Source: Atractiella rhizophila (Eukaryota). Taken from it: 64,000 nucleotides of DNA. Positions 13,730-26,627 of the stretch are shown here, piece after piece. The notes beneath the pieces were generated by a model. It had not been told where the DNA came from. It ran no database searches and saw only the letters and a program-made list of their open reading frames with translations. The position numbers and the translations under genes were made by a program. Position 1 is the first letter of the stretch. Every line of letters begins with the position of its first letter. The stretch is taken from contig MU271402.1 in assembly GCA_021432655.1 (NCBI GenBank), positions 1 to 64,000 on the forward strand. Reading direction: 5' to 3'.

Positions 13730-15055
13730 TTGCACATTGTCTTTGTCTTGAAATCAGCTTCATCCTCGCAGACACAGACCAATGCGAAATTAGAGCCGGA
13801 ACGACAACGGAAACGAGTGCGCGAGAGATTTACGGCGCTCGTCCGTGAATTCGTAGAGGCAAACGGAGGCAACGAGGACGACTTATATCGCTTTGCAAAA
13901 CGAGCCCTAGCCAATGTACATGGCAAATTGGAGGAGGTAAAAATGACGTTTCTGTCACGATCTGAAGAGTACGAGAATGGAGCGCATTCGGGATACTCCG
14001 AAAAAGCTGGTGACTTCGAAGTACGGATACCAGAAGTACAATACATTGTGAAGATGAAGAGGGAGAGATCCTTGAAACGCTTTCTGAAACGATTCAGGTC
14101 ACCACCACCAACTCATACGCTCTCAGTCTCTCCTCACGCATTCTTTATCCGTCCATGCCACCTGCCAGGTCATTCCGAAGAACAGTGGGAGCGCGTCTGC
14201 CTCGTCGGGAAATTCGAAATTTCTTTCGTTCCTTTGGAGCGACTGGTTAGTGTGGCGATCGGAGGAGTGCAAGCCTTGCTGAAGCCAGATCAGCTCTCGA
14301 TGGTCTTTGGATTCATTGGACGCTTGCTGGGAGGTGGTGGGGATGTTGATGGCAATGAGGTGCTGAAGTTGGACTTTGGAAGACTGATAGGAGAGAGCGC
14401 CGAAGAAGGGAGAAGGAACCGAGTGAAGGAGCGCATTGAACTGATTGCGAACACTGGTGCCCTGGGTGGTGAACCCATGAATGGAAGACGTGCGAAGCAC
14501 GATGGAACTGATCGAGAACTGGAAGGAATGGTGGGAATGAGCGAATTGGGCAGTGGATCTGTTGATTTGAGCGAGTATGCCCGACGAAAGTATGCTGTTG
14601 AAGAGACCACTGTGGATGACAATTCCAAGAAGCTTGAAGAGGAGCGAAAGCGGGACATGGAGCGGAGGATGTTGGAAAATCAGCTTGGGGGCGATGTCCT
14701 CCTTCCTCCTCCGCGGTCACTACAGCGACAATCTTCGTCCAAGGAGTCTTCGGCTCCCTCATCCTCACGATCACACCCTACCGCACCTGCACCAAGCCCT
14801 CCGACACAACCAGCCGCGAATCAAACCGAAACTCGACCACCAATACACCTTTGTGTCTACGCATCGCAGCTTAACATTGCCCTTCTCACCGAATCGCCAC
14901 AATCCCCGCAAGATGCAACTTGGATTGCGGCCCATGATGAGTTCTGGCGGAGAGGTGGCATGAACGGATTTGAGCATTTGCGAGTACGAGGAGAAAAGGT
15001 GGTGGTAGACACCGAAATTGAGAAATTGAGGTTTCCTTGGGCAGCTAGCTCGTAG
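13730..15055 (+). CDS. Hypothetical fungal protein (long terminal exon; upstream exons may reach ~12908)
   Basis: 441-codon open frame with natural composition. No domain recognised. Confidence 0.65.
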   Translation: MHIVFVLKSASSSQTQTNAKLEPERQRKRVRERFTALVREFVEANGGNEDDLYRFAKRALANVHGKLEEVKMTFLSRSEEYENGAHSGYSEKAGDFEVRIPEVQYIVKMKRERSLKRFLKRFRSPPPTHTLSVSPHAFFIRPCHLPGHSEEQWERVCLVGKFEISFVPLERLVSVAIGGVQALLKPDQLSMVFGFIGRLLGGGGDVDGNEVLKLDFGRLIGESAEEGRRNRVKERIELIANTGALGGEPMNGRRAKHDGTDRELEGMVGMSELGSGSVDLSEYARRKYAVEETTVDDNSKKLEEERKRDMERRMLENQLGGDVLLPPPRSLQRQSSSKESSAPSSSRSHPTAPAPSPPTQPAANQTETRPPIHLCVYASQLNIALLTESPQSPQDATWIAAHDEFWRRGGMNGFEHLRVRGEKVVVDTEIEKLRFPWAASS

Positions 15056-15321
15056 GTTCAACTCGACTGCTCTTGCTCTCGTGATATTGGAGCCGTCTCA
15101 CTCTCGATTCATTTTGGCAATGGACGAAGCTCAGCCACGACATTGCTCCTTCCGTATTCGAAGCGCAGGATAAGCCAGGCTGCTGAGACGATGTTAGGGA
15201 TCGGAAGTTTCGTTTGAGCGAGCTGCACACTGCCTTAGGGAGGAGACGGGCTGCAGTTTAGGTAGAGGATAAATCACGCAGCTACACCTCCAAGGCCGTT
15301 ATGATGATTAAGGAGTCCTTG

Positions 15322-15437
15322 TGTATTATTCTTTATCTAATTCAAGGTGTTCTATGCGCAGATGGTTGAGAAGTCCTGGTGTGTTATTCTTCATGTAGTT
15401 CAAGGCGTTCTATGCGCAGAGAGTTGAAGATCCTGGA
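15322..15437. repeat. Imperfect ~58-bp tandem duplication
   Basis: ttattct...ttcaagg(t/c)gttctatgcgcaga...gttga...tcctgg occurs twice in tandem. Confidence 0.75.
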
Positions 15438-15788
15438 GAAAAACTGGTTCATTAGTGCCGAATTAGTCGTCTAGTTTTGGCAAGCGAGGACAAGAACTTT
15501 GGAGGACATTAATATGGGACAGCAATCAAAGCACGTATTGTGCGATGGAAAGTGTATGAAACGCACTGTCGGATAATGCAGAGTGTCGTTGCCCTCAAGA
15601 AAAGTTCAGAGCTATAAAAATCCATATTGTCTGAAAGCAAAGATGGCTTATGTCCAGCAGCACACTCGATAAGTGGCGTTCTATTGTACGCAACAGACTG
15701 CAGATGCAGGGGAGATTTCAGCCAAAACCAAAGTGTCGATAGTGATACAACAGGACATATCATTCCACAGAATAATATACAGAATAAA

Positions 15789-15915
15789 TTACATGATAAG
15801 TTAGATGATAATTTAGATATAAGTTAAATGGTACTAACTCGCGCTTTTAGTTAGACAAGAAGTTAAACAAGAAATTAAACAAGAAATTAAACAAGAAATT
15901 AAACGATGCGTTAAG
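15789..15915. repeat. Two adjacent 12-bp-period AT-rich arrays (TTAGATGATAA[G/T]; TTAAACAAGAAA)
   Basis: Visible tandem units, e.g. ttaaacaagaaa three times plus degenerate copies. Confidence 0.8.
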
Positions 15916-16512
15916 ACAAATAAAGCAATAGGAAACCAACGACTTTGCGGCCGTTCGAAATGAAATTGCGCCAGGCAATGTATCAATTCGATTTTGAATG
16001 GCCAGTCTGCTAAATCCGTTCTATTAGTACTGAGAGTCGATAGAAAATGGGGAACACACATACCTGCACCTCTCAGATATGGACATCAACAAGCATGTCG
16101 CATCCCAATTTATCACAACCGGCACCGTCCCTTCCCGAAGACACCAGTTAGACTGGAGTCGTCTGCTCGGAGAGGGAGAATCTGTTGCCCAGCCGGAGTT
16201 AGGACGATGCAGGGGAGAGAAATAAGGAGGAAGACATGCATTCGCTGCTGGGCTTAAGCGGTCGACCATCTGTGGGAGCACAGCGAGCGAGCAGCTCCCT
16301 CATACTCATAATCGAGAGACCTACTCACCAATCAATCAGAGGCGGAGGTGGTAAGTGTGAAATGCGTACGACTGGAGAGAGAAACCTGGGACGGCGGAAG
16401 GTGAATCCGGACATGGATGCTGTGGGTTGTGACAAAAGCCTGTCAATGCTGGGAACTGCTGTCGTTGGTGAGAGAGAAGTGTAGGGATCGGGCTGGCTTT
16501 TATATCCTTGGG

Positions 16513-16555
16513 TTGATGCAGGATTGATGCAGGAATTGATGCAGGAATTGATGAT
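16513..16555. repeat. 12-bp tandem repeat (TTGATGCAGGAA) x~3
   Basis: ttgatgcagga ttgatgcaggaa ttgatgcaggaa ttgatg. Confidence 0.8.
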
Positions 16556-18390
16556 TGAGGAGCAGCACGTGATCATGGGAATTCTCGTGATTTTGTTGTC
16601 TTGCTCAGGAAAACAATTTCCTTTTATAGAAGGTGGTAGCTAGTCATTCATCTTTTGAGAGAGTTGTTATCGGGTCACGGGAATTCATGGGAAAGGGGTC
16701 ACGTCCGTCCCGCCACGGCATGGATTTGTCTTTCGGCTCTTGCCTCCCCCAGAATCCTTACGACCGCTTTGGTATCTACGAATGGCAGTATATATGCAAA
16801 TATCACGCAAAATGGGAAAGCAAAGTGGCTAGAAGCGAACACAATTGGAACAAAGGCCAAGTGTCAGTGCAGGAAGCACAAGTAATTTCCTTCAATAAAG
16901 CCCTATCAGCTGAACATGGAAAGCTACTCTCTGTTCAAGTAGATCCATGCTTGCAAATAACTTCTTTCAATGTGTTCTGTGCACTTTGAAGAGATTAGGA
17001 ACGAAAAAGGCAGACGCGTTGCAACGTGAGAGAGAAACGTGACCAAAGCGTCAATTGAGGAGAAATGCGGCTGGTCGATTTGCAACTTCGTTCAAGAGAT
17101 GACCAAATTGTCCCATCGAGATCACGGCACGAGCGCTTGCGTTATTAGGCCAAGCGGAGAGCTCCCCCGCCTAATGGCGTTGACACAAGCTGAGCAGTGT
17201 TATGCCCAGTAAGTATCTGCTTCATTGACCGCAGGGCACCATTTCAAGTGGTGCCTGAAACTCGTCGTAAACTACGCGTGTCGTGTGTGGAACTTGAACG
17301 CTTGGGCCGTCTTCCTGTCTTTTGCCTTGAGCGCTTTCGAAGAGTATGCTCATAGGTGAGGTGGTCTAGGTTTCAATATTCCCTATTGCTGCTACAGCTG
17401 CCTGTAGAGCATGGCATGTCCACTTCGGATTTTGACGCACACAGGGTTTTTTATAACCTGACTATGTAGCACTCTAGTGAATACGCAAAGACAGGCGTCT
17501 TGATGTCTTTGCATGTTTTGACAAGGCAGACGACGCATTGCTGCAGTTCAAGACGACTCACCATTAGTCCTGCCTCTTGATACCACATGTACAACATCTC
17601 TGCTATCTATCGCGCACGATCTTGTCTACGCTACATATCTTTCACCTTCGCTTTTATCCAAACCGGAGTCCAGCAAGGCAGCAGTCGTGCACAGTTAGTT
17701 GTAGAGTAGAAGTCCCAGCTCGAAGCATCAGAAAGAGTAGTTGCTATATTGATTTGGTGTGACTTCCGTCAGTGGTGATGGAGAGCAATCAGTGCCAGTG
17801 AACAGTGGATCGGGTCTTAATTGTGAACTTCACTGCCTCTCTGTTCATGCGGTCCGAAGAGGCAGTGATAAAGATGTTTCTGCTTCTTCTTTCTTCTGTT
17901 TCTGCATCTTCTGTATGGCGGCCTCTCGTATCATGTCTATGCTCAACAAAGGACGCGAAAAGAAACTAGTCCTGGCGTTTGCAACGGCGTTCACAACAAG
18001 TTTAGAGTGTGCTCCTTAGTTTCGGACTGTCAAGCACAATGGAGGTTCCTTTGGCACTAGAAACTGCTTGACTGTGCTCGTCCTTTGTAAAAGATGATCA
18101 CATCCAGCAGCAAAACAGTCGATGTAGGCCGAACATGGCAACGAGCGGGTGTTGTGAAACCCATCATCTTTTTCCAATTGGAAGAGAGCGCTCATTTTTC
18201 TCTCGGATTGGGTGTTTCCTCTGAAAATGTGGATACTAGTGATGAGATAATTGTCATACATTTCCTTTCTTGCTATTCACACATGACATCCAGGTTGACA
18301 ACAGACTAAAATCAGCAAACCAGCCAAGAGACAAGAAGCAAACTTGAATAAATCTATAACGCAGAGATTCCCCACAACAAGCAAGATACT

Positions 18391-21076
18391 TCACGGCTCG
18401 ACCTCGTCGTATATGGGCCAATAAGCAAAGGGTCCAACTGGAGTTTCTGGATGATCAGGATTATGAGCATAATCCTCCTCTTCAGCCGAACTCCAATTTC
18501 CCACCACTCCACTCCTGCTCCCAATCCCGCCCGGCTGTAGACCCTCCAGGCGCCATCTGTACCAACCAACCAACCAGAAAAATCTTAGATCGTCACAACG
18601 AACAGGAAAGAAGGAGAAAGACAGAGCGGTACGAACCTATCCTCGCCCCCGTACCCTACGACGAAAGTCCAATGAGGGATCAACGCTTCTCCTGGCCTCT
18701 GTTGTGCGAGACGAACACAACCGTGGGTTTTGATATCTTGTCCGTGTCCACCAAACGGCCGTCTGGTGCCTTCGAAGTAAAGGGTGGGGAAGGAGTCGTT
18801 TTTGAAGTCGTTTCCGTACCCGTCCCTGGTGTTGGAACGTAGTCGTTCCCTCGGCGTCGGTTTCAGGTGTGGGGGTTCGACGAGAGTGAGCTTCATGGAC
18901 CTATAATTCAGCAGTTGATGCGTTGGTGGACATCAGAAGAACAAGGGAAGGAGACGTACATGAGGTTCCCAACCGCCTCTGGGGATCTAGCGATAGGTTG
19001 ATCATGGAAATTGAAAGCGTGAAAGATGCGATAATCAACGAAAGCGTAACTTCCAATCCAGACTCCTTCCACACCCGCCCAATCCGGACTACACCATTCC
19101 CGTCTCGTCCTCCCTTTCCCTTTCCCCTTCCCATCCTCCGCATTGGCTGCCAAAGCTGAAATGAAGGCACGGTCCGGGTTGACTATCTCTCCCCTCCTCC
19201 TAGTATCCAACGGAGGGGGAATGGGTAACTCCCAATCATCTCCCTCCTTCTCTTTCCCTTTGCCCTCCTTCCCAGGACCGCGACACTCATCCACCCCCGT
19301 TCCCGTTCCCGTTCCCGATGTTGTTGTAGAAGCGGACGCGGACTTTCCCATCCTGGAAAGAATGCGCTTCAACCCTCCATCGGCCTCGACCTCAGCCTTC
19401 CACTCGTGCCTCATCGAATGCGCATTGTTCCACATCACGCTCCACAGTCCTTCCAACAGCGTCCAATGCACCGTCCCATCCGGATAGAGCGGCGCAAAGC
19501 GGTGGTGTCTCTGCATCCGGCTCACGCTCTGTTGCCTGTTTGCGTACCGGGTACCGTCCGCTTCTGCATCGTCATCGTCATCGTCCTCGTTGTTATCGTG
19601 ATATGATTGTTCTTGTGGGTGCGAGGAGAGGGGAAGGGTATCGGGGACGGCGTAATTGCTCAACCTGTACGCTACCGCTCTAAACGTTCCACGATACGGC
19701 AGCGGTCTACCTCCGCTTCCGCTCCCAAACAGGAAGTCCAAATCCGACGAGAGGAGGAAAGGCTGTCGTCTCTGACTCGCTCCCTCATTCTCATTTCCGT
19801 TCTCGCTTTGGGAGGACGGACGGAGGGGTAGACGCCAGGCGGGGAGGTAGGGTCCGAGGAGGATGTGGAGTTGGGAGCGGAGGGAAGGGTCTGGGAGGGG
19901 GATGGAGAGTGGGAAGAGGATGGGAAGCTCGGATCGGTGGACGTGAGGGTGCGTTTGGGTGTGGATCGTCGTCTGCATGGGCTTGTGGCGTGGACGGAGG
20001 TTGTAGGTTGTGTGGGTGTGGTGGGGAGGGACGTAGTCTGAGTCTTCTGAGTCTTCTGAGTCGTCGGAGTCTTCTTTTGAGTTTTCGTTGGTGTTTGTGC
20101 TGATGTTGCTGGTCGTGGCCGTGTTGTTGGTGGTATTGCTCGTGAGTAGTATATCTTCCATGATGGAATCTGGCCCGCCCATCCTCTCGTCCTCATCTAC
20201 ATCCGCACTGTCCATCCCAGCGTCCTGTACGACATCCACCATCTCCTCGTCACCATCTTCCTCCTCTTCCTCCTCATCATCCTCGTCGGAAGAAGAAGAG
20301 GAAGAGTCAGAATTATCATCCGGATGAAATATAGCCAGCTCTACATCTCCATCCTCATCCCCATCCAAATCCAAATCCTCCATGGTGTTCGAGTTGATGG
20401 AAGTGAGCGCATGAGCATGACTGTTGGTAGAGGACGTGTTACAGGACACGATGGAACGGAGGAGGTAGAACTGATGGAACCCCACCGGGTCTGAAGCGAG
20501 CAGGGACTGGATGAACGCGATGTTCTTTGATGGGTTTGGGTACGGATTGGCGGTGCGAAGGAGACGGAGGAGGGTTTGGAGGGTGGTGTTGTAGTTTTGC
20601 AGCTGTTGATATCACATCCTCAGCATTAGCATTGCACTCTCCAATCCAGTTCCAATAATGAATGATGGTGTCACTAAAGGGACAAAGAAAGAAAGCAAAT
20701 GAACCAGCGAATGTGAGTGACGCACCTTCTCCTCATCCTCTTCATCTAATCTAATCCATCGCTTCAACACCCAATACATCTTCACCCTCTCCTTCCATCC
20801 CTCTCCCTCTCCCTCTCCTCCACCTCCACCTCCACCTCCACTTCCACCACTTCCACCACCTCCACCAGCCAGTTGAACAACAGGCGACCCAACACCACGC
20901 ACATCATAACACTCGTCCCAAAGACCTCGACAGACGCACTTCCACAACGAGCCGTCCGGATGGATGAGCGCATGGAAGGACTTGCACGTGAGCGAGAGGG
21001 CGAGGAGCGTGGGTGGCGGGAGCGGAGGGAGGGAGAAGATGTGGTGGAGGATCTCGGGTGGGAGCGACAGGAGCAT
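18391..21076 (-). CDS. F-box protein of a basidiomycete family with long acidic low-complexity insert
   Basis: N-terminal F-box MLLSLPPEILHHIF...LALSLTCKSFH. C-terminal motifs DWAGVEGVWIGSYAFVDYR, LYFEG, GCVRL, HWTFV...GEDR, EGLQPGGIGS..GVVGNW and PVGPFAYW. Confidence 0.85.
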
Positions 21077-21289
21077 GTTGTGTCAGGCGAGTGCGCCTTC
21101 GATGAGTGCGTTGAGGGCGTCACGCAGAATGTGCCAGCGTAGAGCTGGTCAGATTTATAAGGGAGCAAGCCCGAGATCGGAGAGAGGCCGAGCAGGAATG
21201 TTAAACTGTGGAGCAAGAGCAAGCACCGAGAACGCCTTTACATGATCCTCAACAGACATGTTGCAAGGTACGCCATGGAATACATGATG

Positions 21290-24041
21290 CTAACCCAATC
21301 CAGCCTTCTGCACCTTCTTCAGCATCAGATCCTCGTACTCCCTCATTCCCCCATCCAGCTTCATCAGCTGTCCGCCTCTCAGCCTGAACACCGTGACACC
21401 CGCGTCTCATCTTCCTCTTCAGCCTCACCTTCTTCCTCCTCTCCCGCTTCGTCCCTCTCCCCTTCGATCACGTAGCGTATGATCCATCTGTGCACCTACA
21501 TCAATATCTACTTGATGATGAAGAAATTGGAGGTGAAACTAATGTGGAAATCGAGAAGGTAAAGTAGAAGCGCACCTATCGTGGGACACGAGCACCACCG
21601 CTCCTTCCCACTTAACCAGCGCCTCCGCCAACCCGACAATCGTATCCGCATCCAAATGAGTCGTCACTTCATCCAAAACCAACAAATCCGGGTCCGCCAC
21701 CACAATCTTCGCCAACGCCAACCTCACCTTCTGCCCTCCCGACAAATTCCTCACCGGCACATCAGTCACCAATCTCCCCTTCAACCCAAGATTCGCCAAA
21801 CAGCTCCTCAACTCCTGTTCCCCCAAATTCAGGCCTGCAGCTTGGGCGGCCGCTGAGAGGAAGGCGTGTGAGGTCAAGGAAGGGTCTGATAGGCCTGCGC
21901 GCGTCACTGATTCCACCGCGTGCTGAGAATAGTATCCGACCTTGGCGCGCGGGTGTCGCGTTACTGTCCCTTTTGAAGCGGGAAGTGAGGAGGTGAGAAC
22001 TCTTATCAGAGTAGATTTTCCAGACCCGTTCACACCACAGATGCCGATTCGATCTCCAGGGTGCACGACGAGGTTTATACCCTTTAGAGTATCCTCTTTC
22101 GCTCCTTTATATCTCACGTCCACATTCTCCAGGGATACCAGACTTCCCGTAAGTTTCGACTTCTCCATCGTAGAAGGGAAAGAGATGACAACAGTCGGTT
22201 CGAGTTCGGGGATCTCGATCGCCTGTCTACTAGTCGTAAAATATCCCACAGCATCCCGATTGAGCTTGAACCGATGGCCCTTCTCGTTCCTCTCCATCCC
22301 AAGTCGATCGTCAATCTTCTTCTGTTTCGCCGCCGCCTGTTTCAGCTTCTTATCGTCCCCCGTCTTTTTTGCAGCCTTCACATTCTCCTGAACGGATCCA
22401 ACCATGTGAGCCTTCTTCTTATCCAACGCTTCCTGCATCCTCGTCAAATAAAGAATCTTCAGTCTCTTCTCACGCTCCCACGAAGACAATGTGCCCTTGT
22501 ACAGTTCTAGCTTCTTCTCTAAACCGGCAGCGGTACGGATCATGATCAAGTCTTCACCGACACCGTCGGCAAAGTCACGGTCGTGTGTGACGAGCAGGAG
22601 AGAGGTCTGTTTAGAGAGCGTGTGGACGAGGTAGGATTGTAGCCAGATGACGGCAGGCAGGTCGAGGAAGTTGGTGGGCTCGTCCAGACAGAGAATGTCC
22701 GTTTTTTGGACCAATGCGCTTGCGAGGAAACATCTGTGGTATTGGCATGAGTGTTCTTTGTTTGTCTGGGTTGGTGGGAGAGGAATGGACTGGAGGGGAC
22801 ACGAACCGTGTTCGCCATCCTCCTGAGAGTTTGGAGAAGGGAGAAGAGATCATGTCTTCTGAGAAACCGAGACCTTTTAAAACTCGACGCGATAGGCTCT
22901 CGGTGTTATTCGAATCCATCTACCACCGGTCTTGGCTCAGTCTATACGGACGAACGCACGAAAGAGCATTGCTCACAGCTTCGAGCGCCATCCTGATCTC
23001 TTCCAAAGCCTCCACAGCACCTCTCAACTCTTCCTCCACGCCGTCCCCCTTCGCTGCATCCTCGTCCACATTTTCCAACCTGAAAATCGCATCCACTCAA
23101 TTCTCAATCTACAAAAAAGCTTATGGAGCTTGGGAGGCGTACGCGGCTTCGGAATCCTTTAGTGCCTGTTCACCGTCCAACAACGCCTTGCGAGCTTTCG
23201 CTCCCCTCGCCCCAGACCTCTTGCTTGCCACGAGCTTCAACTCCAACAGTCTCAGCCTTGCCTTCTCCAATTTGAATTGACGATATGCTCTGAGCGCTGC
23301 GAGGGTATCTTGAGATTCCAACGGTTTTTCCAACACTGTCACCAGCAGCACAATAGGGACGTTAGATCATTCGATAATTTATCGGAGGGGATGGAACGGT
23401 GTGAGGGGGATGAGAGAAAGACGCACGATTGAGTTCGCGTAAGAGCTTCTCTCGCCTCCTATCGCTCTGTACGACGTGTTGGAGCACGCTCACCTCCTCT
23501 TCCTTTCCTTCGATCGACACCGCGAGGGAATCGTCGTATACGTCGCTCGTGATGATTGTCTGTCCGAGAAGGAGGATCCTCAGGTTCCAAGGGATTCCAG
23601 GGATGAGGCCGTCCGCCATTGCTCGTAGGAGCGCTACATTCCACACAAACGCATGGAAGAGAGTTTCCTCAGCTTTCTGAAATCATGGAATTGTAATGGT
23701 AATGGTAGAAAGCGAAAGTTGGTTGGGTAGGACGCACTGCTCTTCCCGCTCCCGTTCCTCCCGACGAGAATGTATCGACCTCCTTCTTTGATCTTTAGAT
23801 GAGCATGATCGAGCACTTCCTTGCCGTCGATCGAAATCGTCACATCTTTCAAATCAATCTTCACCATCACCATTATTCGTCAGAGGCCATGCGATGCGCG
23901 AGTGCAAAGGAATGTAAATGTGGAAGTGGCGAGACTCACCTCCTTCGATTCCGGCGCATCGAGACAGTCGAGCGCGAAACGAGACTGCTGAGAGGTCGCG
24001 ATGATCGTTGGTGCTTTAGGTTGAGATGGTGTGGATGTCAT
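21290..24041 (-). CDS. ABCF-family soluble twin-ATPase (no membrane domain); apparent 1-nt frameshift in last exon
   Basis: Walker A GRNGSGKS and GVNGSGKS, signatures LSGGWR and LSGGQK, Walker B LCLDEPTNFLD and LVLDEVTTHLD, H-loops VTHDR and VSHDR. Confidence 0.92.
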
Positions 24042-24686
24042 CTCTTTTACAACTGCGCTTTATTCCCAGATGCTCCTTGATGGAGGGGAGGGATGGAGGG
24101 GGAATAATGGAATGAGAACAGATAAAAAGTACCCCATCGGTCAGGGCGTGACTCATGAAAATGACTCGAGTTTGTCAACGGCTTAGCAACTTTCAATTTT
24201 GCAGTTTATTGCAGAGCGCAATTTTTGAGCTTGAATCGTTTCAGAGCAATGCAACAATGGCGTTGTGAATATTGTGCTTCGAATGAGTCCCTGGCGGATT
24301 CATCCGTGCTTGTTACGGTTCTCTCCTTTATGACATAGGCCAACTTCGAGTTTGCAGCATTCGGAAAGGTAATCATAAATGCAAGCTAGCAAGGCAAATG
24401 CGTGGGATAGACCACATAAATACGATATCCTATTCTTTGCTAATTGCTGAAGAAGAGAGTCTGAAAATCTTAGCCAGAGCTCAAACGTCCAACACACTTG
24501 ATTGTCCAGTGAAACATTTATATCGCAGCGCCAACCAGCTCACCTTCGCTTCTACCCTTGTGCCCTAGCAGTGTTCGCTCAACTTTTTCAATACTAAGAA
24601 ACTCCCCATGAACTCCATTCGTCCAATAACAATACTTGTAGCTCCCTTTTCCGCCCGCTTTAACCAAGGAACAAAAAAGCACCAAG

Positions 24687-25088
24687 ATGAATCGAGTGCT
24701 GCCCAACCTCCTCCGTCCCGCTCTCCTTCTTCGTCCTCACGCCAGCTCCCTCCGTCCGCCCCACTCGCGGTCCTTCTCCCTCCTCCTCTCCCGCCCATCC
24801 TCCCTTCCAACCACCACCACCCGCCAGTCCCTACCCTCCCTCCCATCCTCTACACCCCTCGCACACTCACTAACCGCCCCAACAACACCAGTCATACCCC
24901 TAGCGCCGTCACTGTCGATAGGCGGAGGAGCGACGCAGATAAGGACGGTGAAGAGGGGAGTGGACTACCAACCGTCGAAGGTGAAGAGGAAGAGGAAGCA
25001 TGGGTTCTTGAGCCGGATCAAGACGAAGGAGGGGAGGAGGATGTTGGAGAGGAGGAGGGAGAAGGGGAGGAAGTATCTTGCTCATTAG
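24687..25088 (+). CDS. MRPL34: Mitochondrial ribosomal protein L34 (bL34m)
   Basis: Presequence-like N-terminus followed by [45 protein letters not shown]. Confidence 0.95.
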   Translation: MNRVLPNLLRPALLLRPHASSLRPPHSRSFSLLLSRPSSLPTTTTRQSLPSLPSSTPLAHSLTAPTTPVIPLAPSLSIGGGATQIRTVKRGVDYQPSKVKRKRKHGFLSRIKTKEGRRMLERRREKGRKYLAH

Positions 25089-26627
25089 ACTTTTTCTCTG
25101 TCAGAGACGATGTTCGGTAAGCTTTGCTCTTTCTACTCTTGTCGTTGTTGGGATAGCGGTGATGTTTGCTGTTGCAGTTGGCCGGCAACATGTCACTAGT
25201 TGGTTGGAGATTCGAGGGGGGTTGGGTATATGTGTAGCTGTTATGCTATGGTTGAAGAGATATTCTGCTTAACGGAGACAATTAATTCGCCTTTTCGTTT
25301 TCCTTCCCATGAGCTCAGTCAATGGTCCAACTTTACCAGTCGAGAAGCTTCGAAGAAGGAGGGTGGTGACATTGAAGAACACCTAACGATTGAATCCGCA
25401 ACAAATTCATTTACTTATTTCATTCTCCTCTTAATCTGCTCCGTTCTCTTCAGCAAGAAAACGTTCCCGTATCCAGCTGTCCATGGTTTAAACTCGCCTC
25501 CCTTCACAATCGGCGGCAAAGCATACGATGGCTGTTTGGGAGCACGGTCCCAACGATGGCAGGATGGATAGACATCACACCATCCTCTCATGGAAGCAGC
25601 GGGCTACAGAACCTCCGTAGCCTATAAAAGCTTGAAAGATTTCCGTCTACACAAGCAAACAGGCAGGACTTGAAAGTCTACCTACAATGGCAACAGACTT
25701 TGCATGACTTGTGTAGACGAAGCTAAGGTGGAGCCTATAGAAGGATTCCGGCTGCTCGGTTGTGTTGTGTTCGTTCTGGGAAGAAGGTCGCTCCATATGG
25801 CCTTCTCAAGGAGTGGAAAGGCCAGCCTTTCAATCAATACTGCAAAATCAGAGGTGACGCAGCGTGTCTGTCAATGGTGTTCTTTACGGACTCAAACAGA
25901 GAACGTAAAGCTGAAGTACACGGCGCGAAGTCACCTTATGTGAGTCTACATTGCGCACTTAAACCATCAACCGATGCCTCACTCGTCGTTCGGTTCGCGA
26001 TGGTAGTCGTCTAACTCCATCCCAATCCCTCACCCAATTGAACAGCGGTGCAGTGTTCTCTGATTCGGTCCCAATAATATGACATTGACGGTATGTTCAC
26101 ATTCGAATAGTTGCAAATCTACCTCAGGAACTGCTCCCATAGTATACCAATTGACAGGCCGAATAAAAAAGAACCAAACGGAGCTATATTTTGATTATTT
26201 CATCTTGCGTTAGATGGTGAATCTTGAAGTCTACGAGCTTTCCATAGTCGTGGGTGCAGGTGGAATAACGCCTTCTGTAACCTGGTACACTTGGCGCTAA
26301 GCAGCTCGAGAGCGTCGGGCTTTGTCGAATTTGATTCAGGCTTGCGAGCACCCGAGTGCCAGCTTCTCGAGGCCGCCACATATATGATATTATAGGCGAA
26401 CAACAACGGAATGGGAGTGAATCAGACCGAGACGGAAATCCTGCAGGATGCTCGACCTCCGTGGAGACAGGCTAGTATGTGATTCCTCACCAAATATAAA
26501 CATTCTCCTGGCCATTTGTGTTTTCCTTCGACTCGTTAATATTGCCAGTAGACATTCTGAGGAGCCTTTATTGTGCGTCGTCTACTCTCTGCCAGTTCGC
26601 CAGATTCAGTCTGATCATTGTGACAGA

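Noticed and set aside
15789..16555. CRISPR-like array
   Set aside because: Contiguous 12-mers without spacers, in a eukaryotic context.
20805..20870. (CCACCT)n microsatellite
   Set aside because: Simply encodes the poly-Gly/GE tract of the F-box protein.
24608..25120. 170-aa ORF overlapping MRPL34
   Set aside because: Alternate-frame shadow of low-complexity coding sequence.
25540..26410. Possible small gene between MRPL34 and the F-box gene
   Set aside because: Short ORFs on both strands with no coherent model; unresolved.
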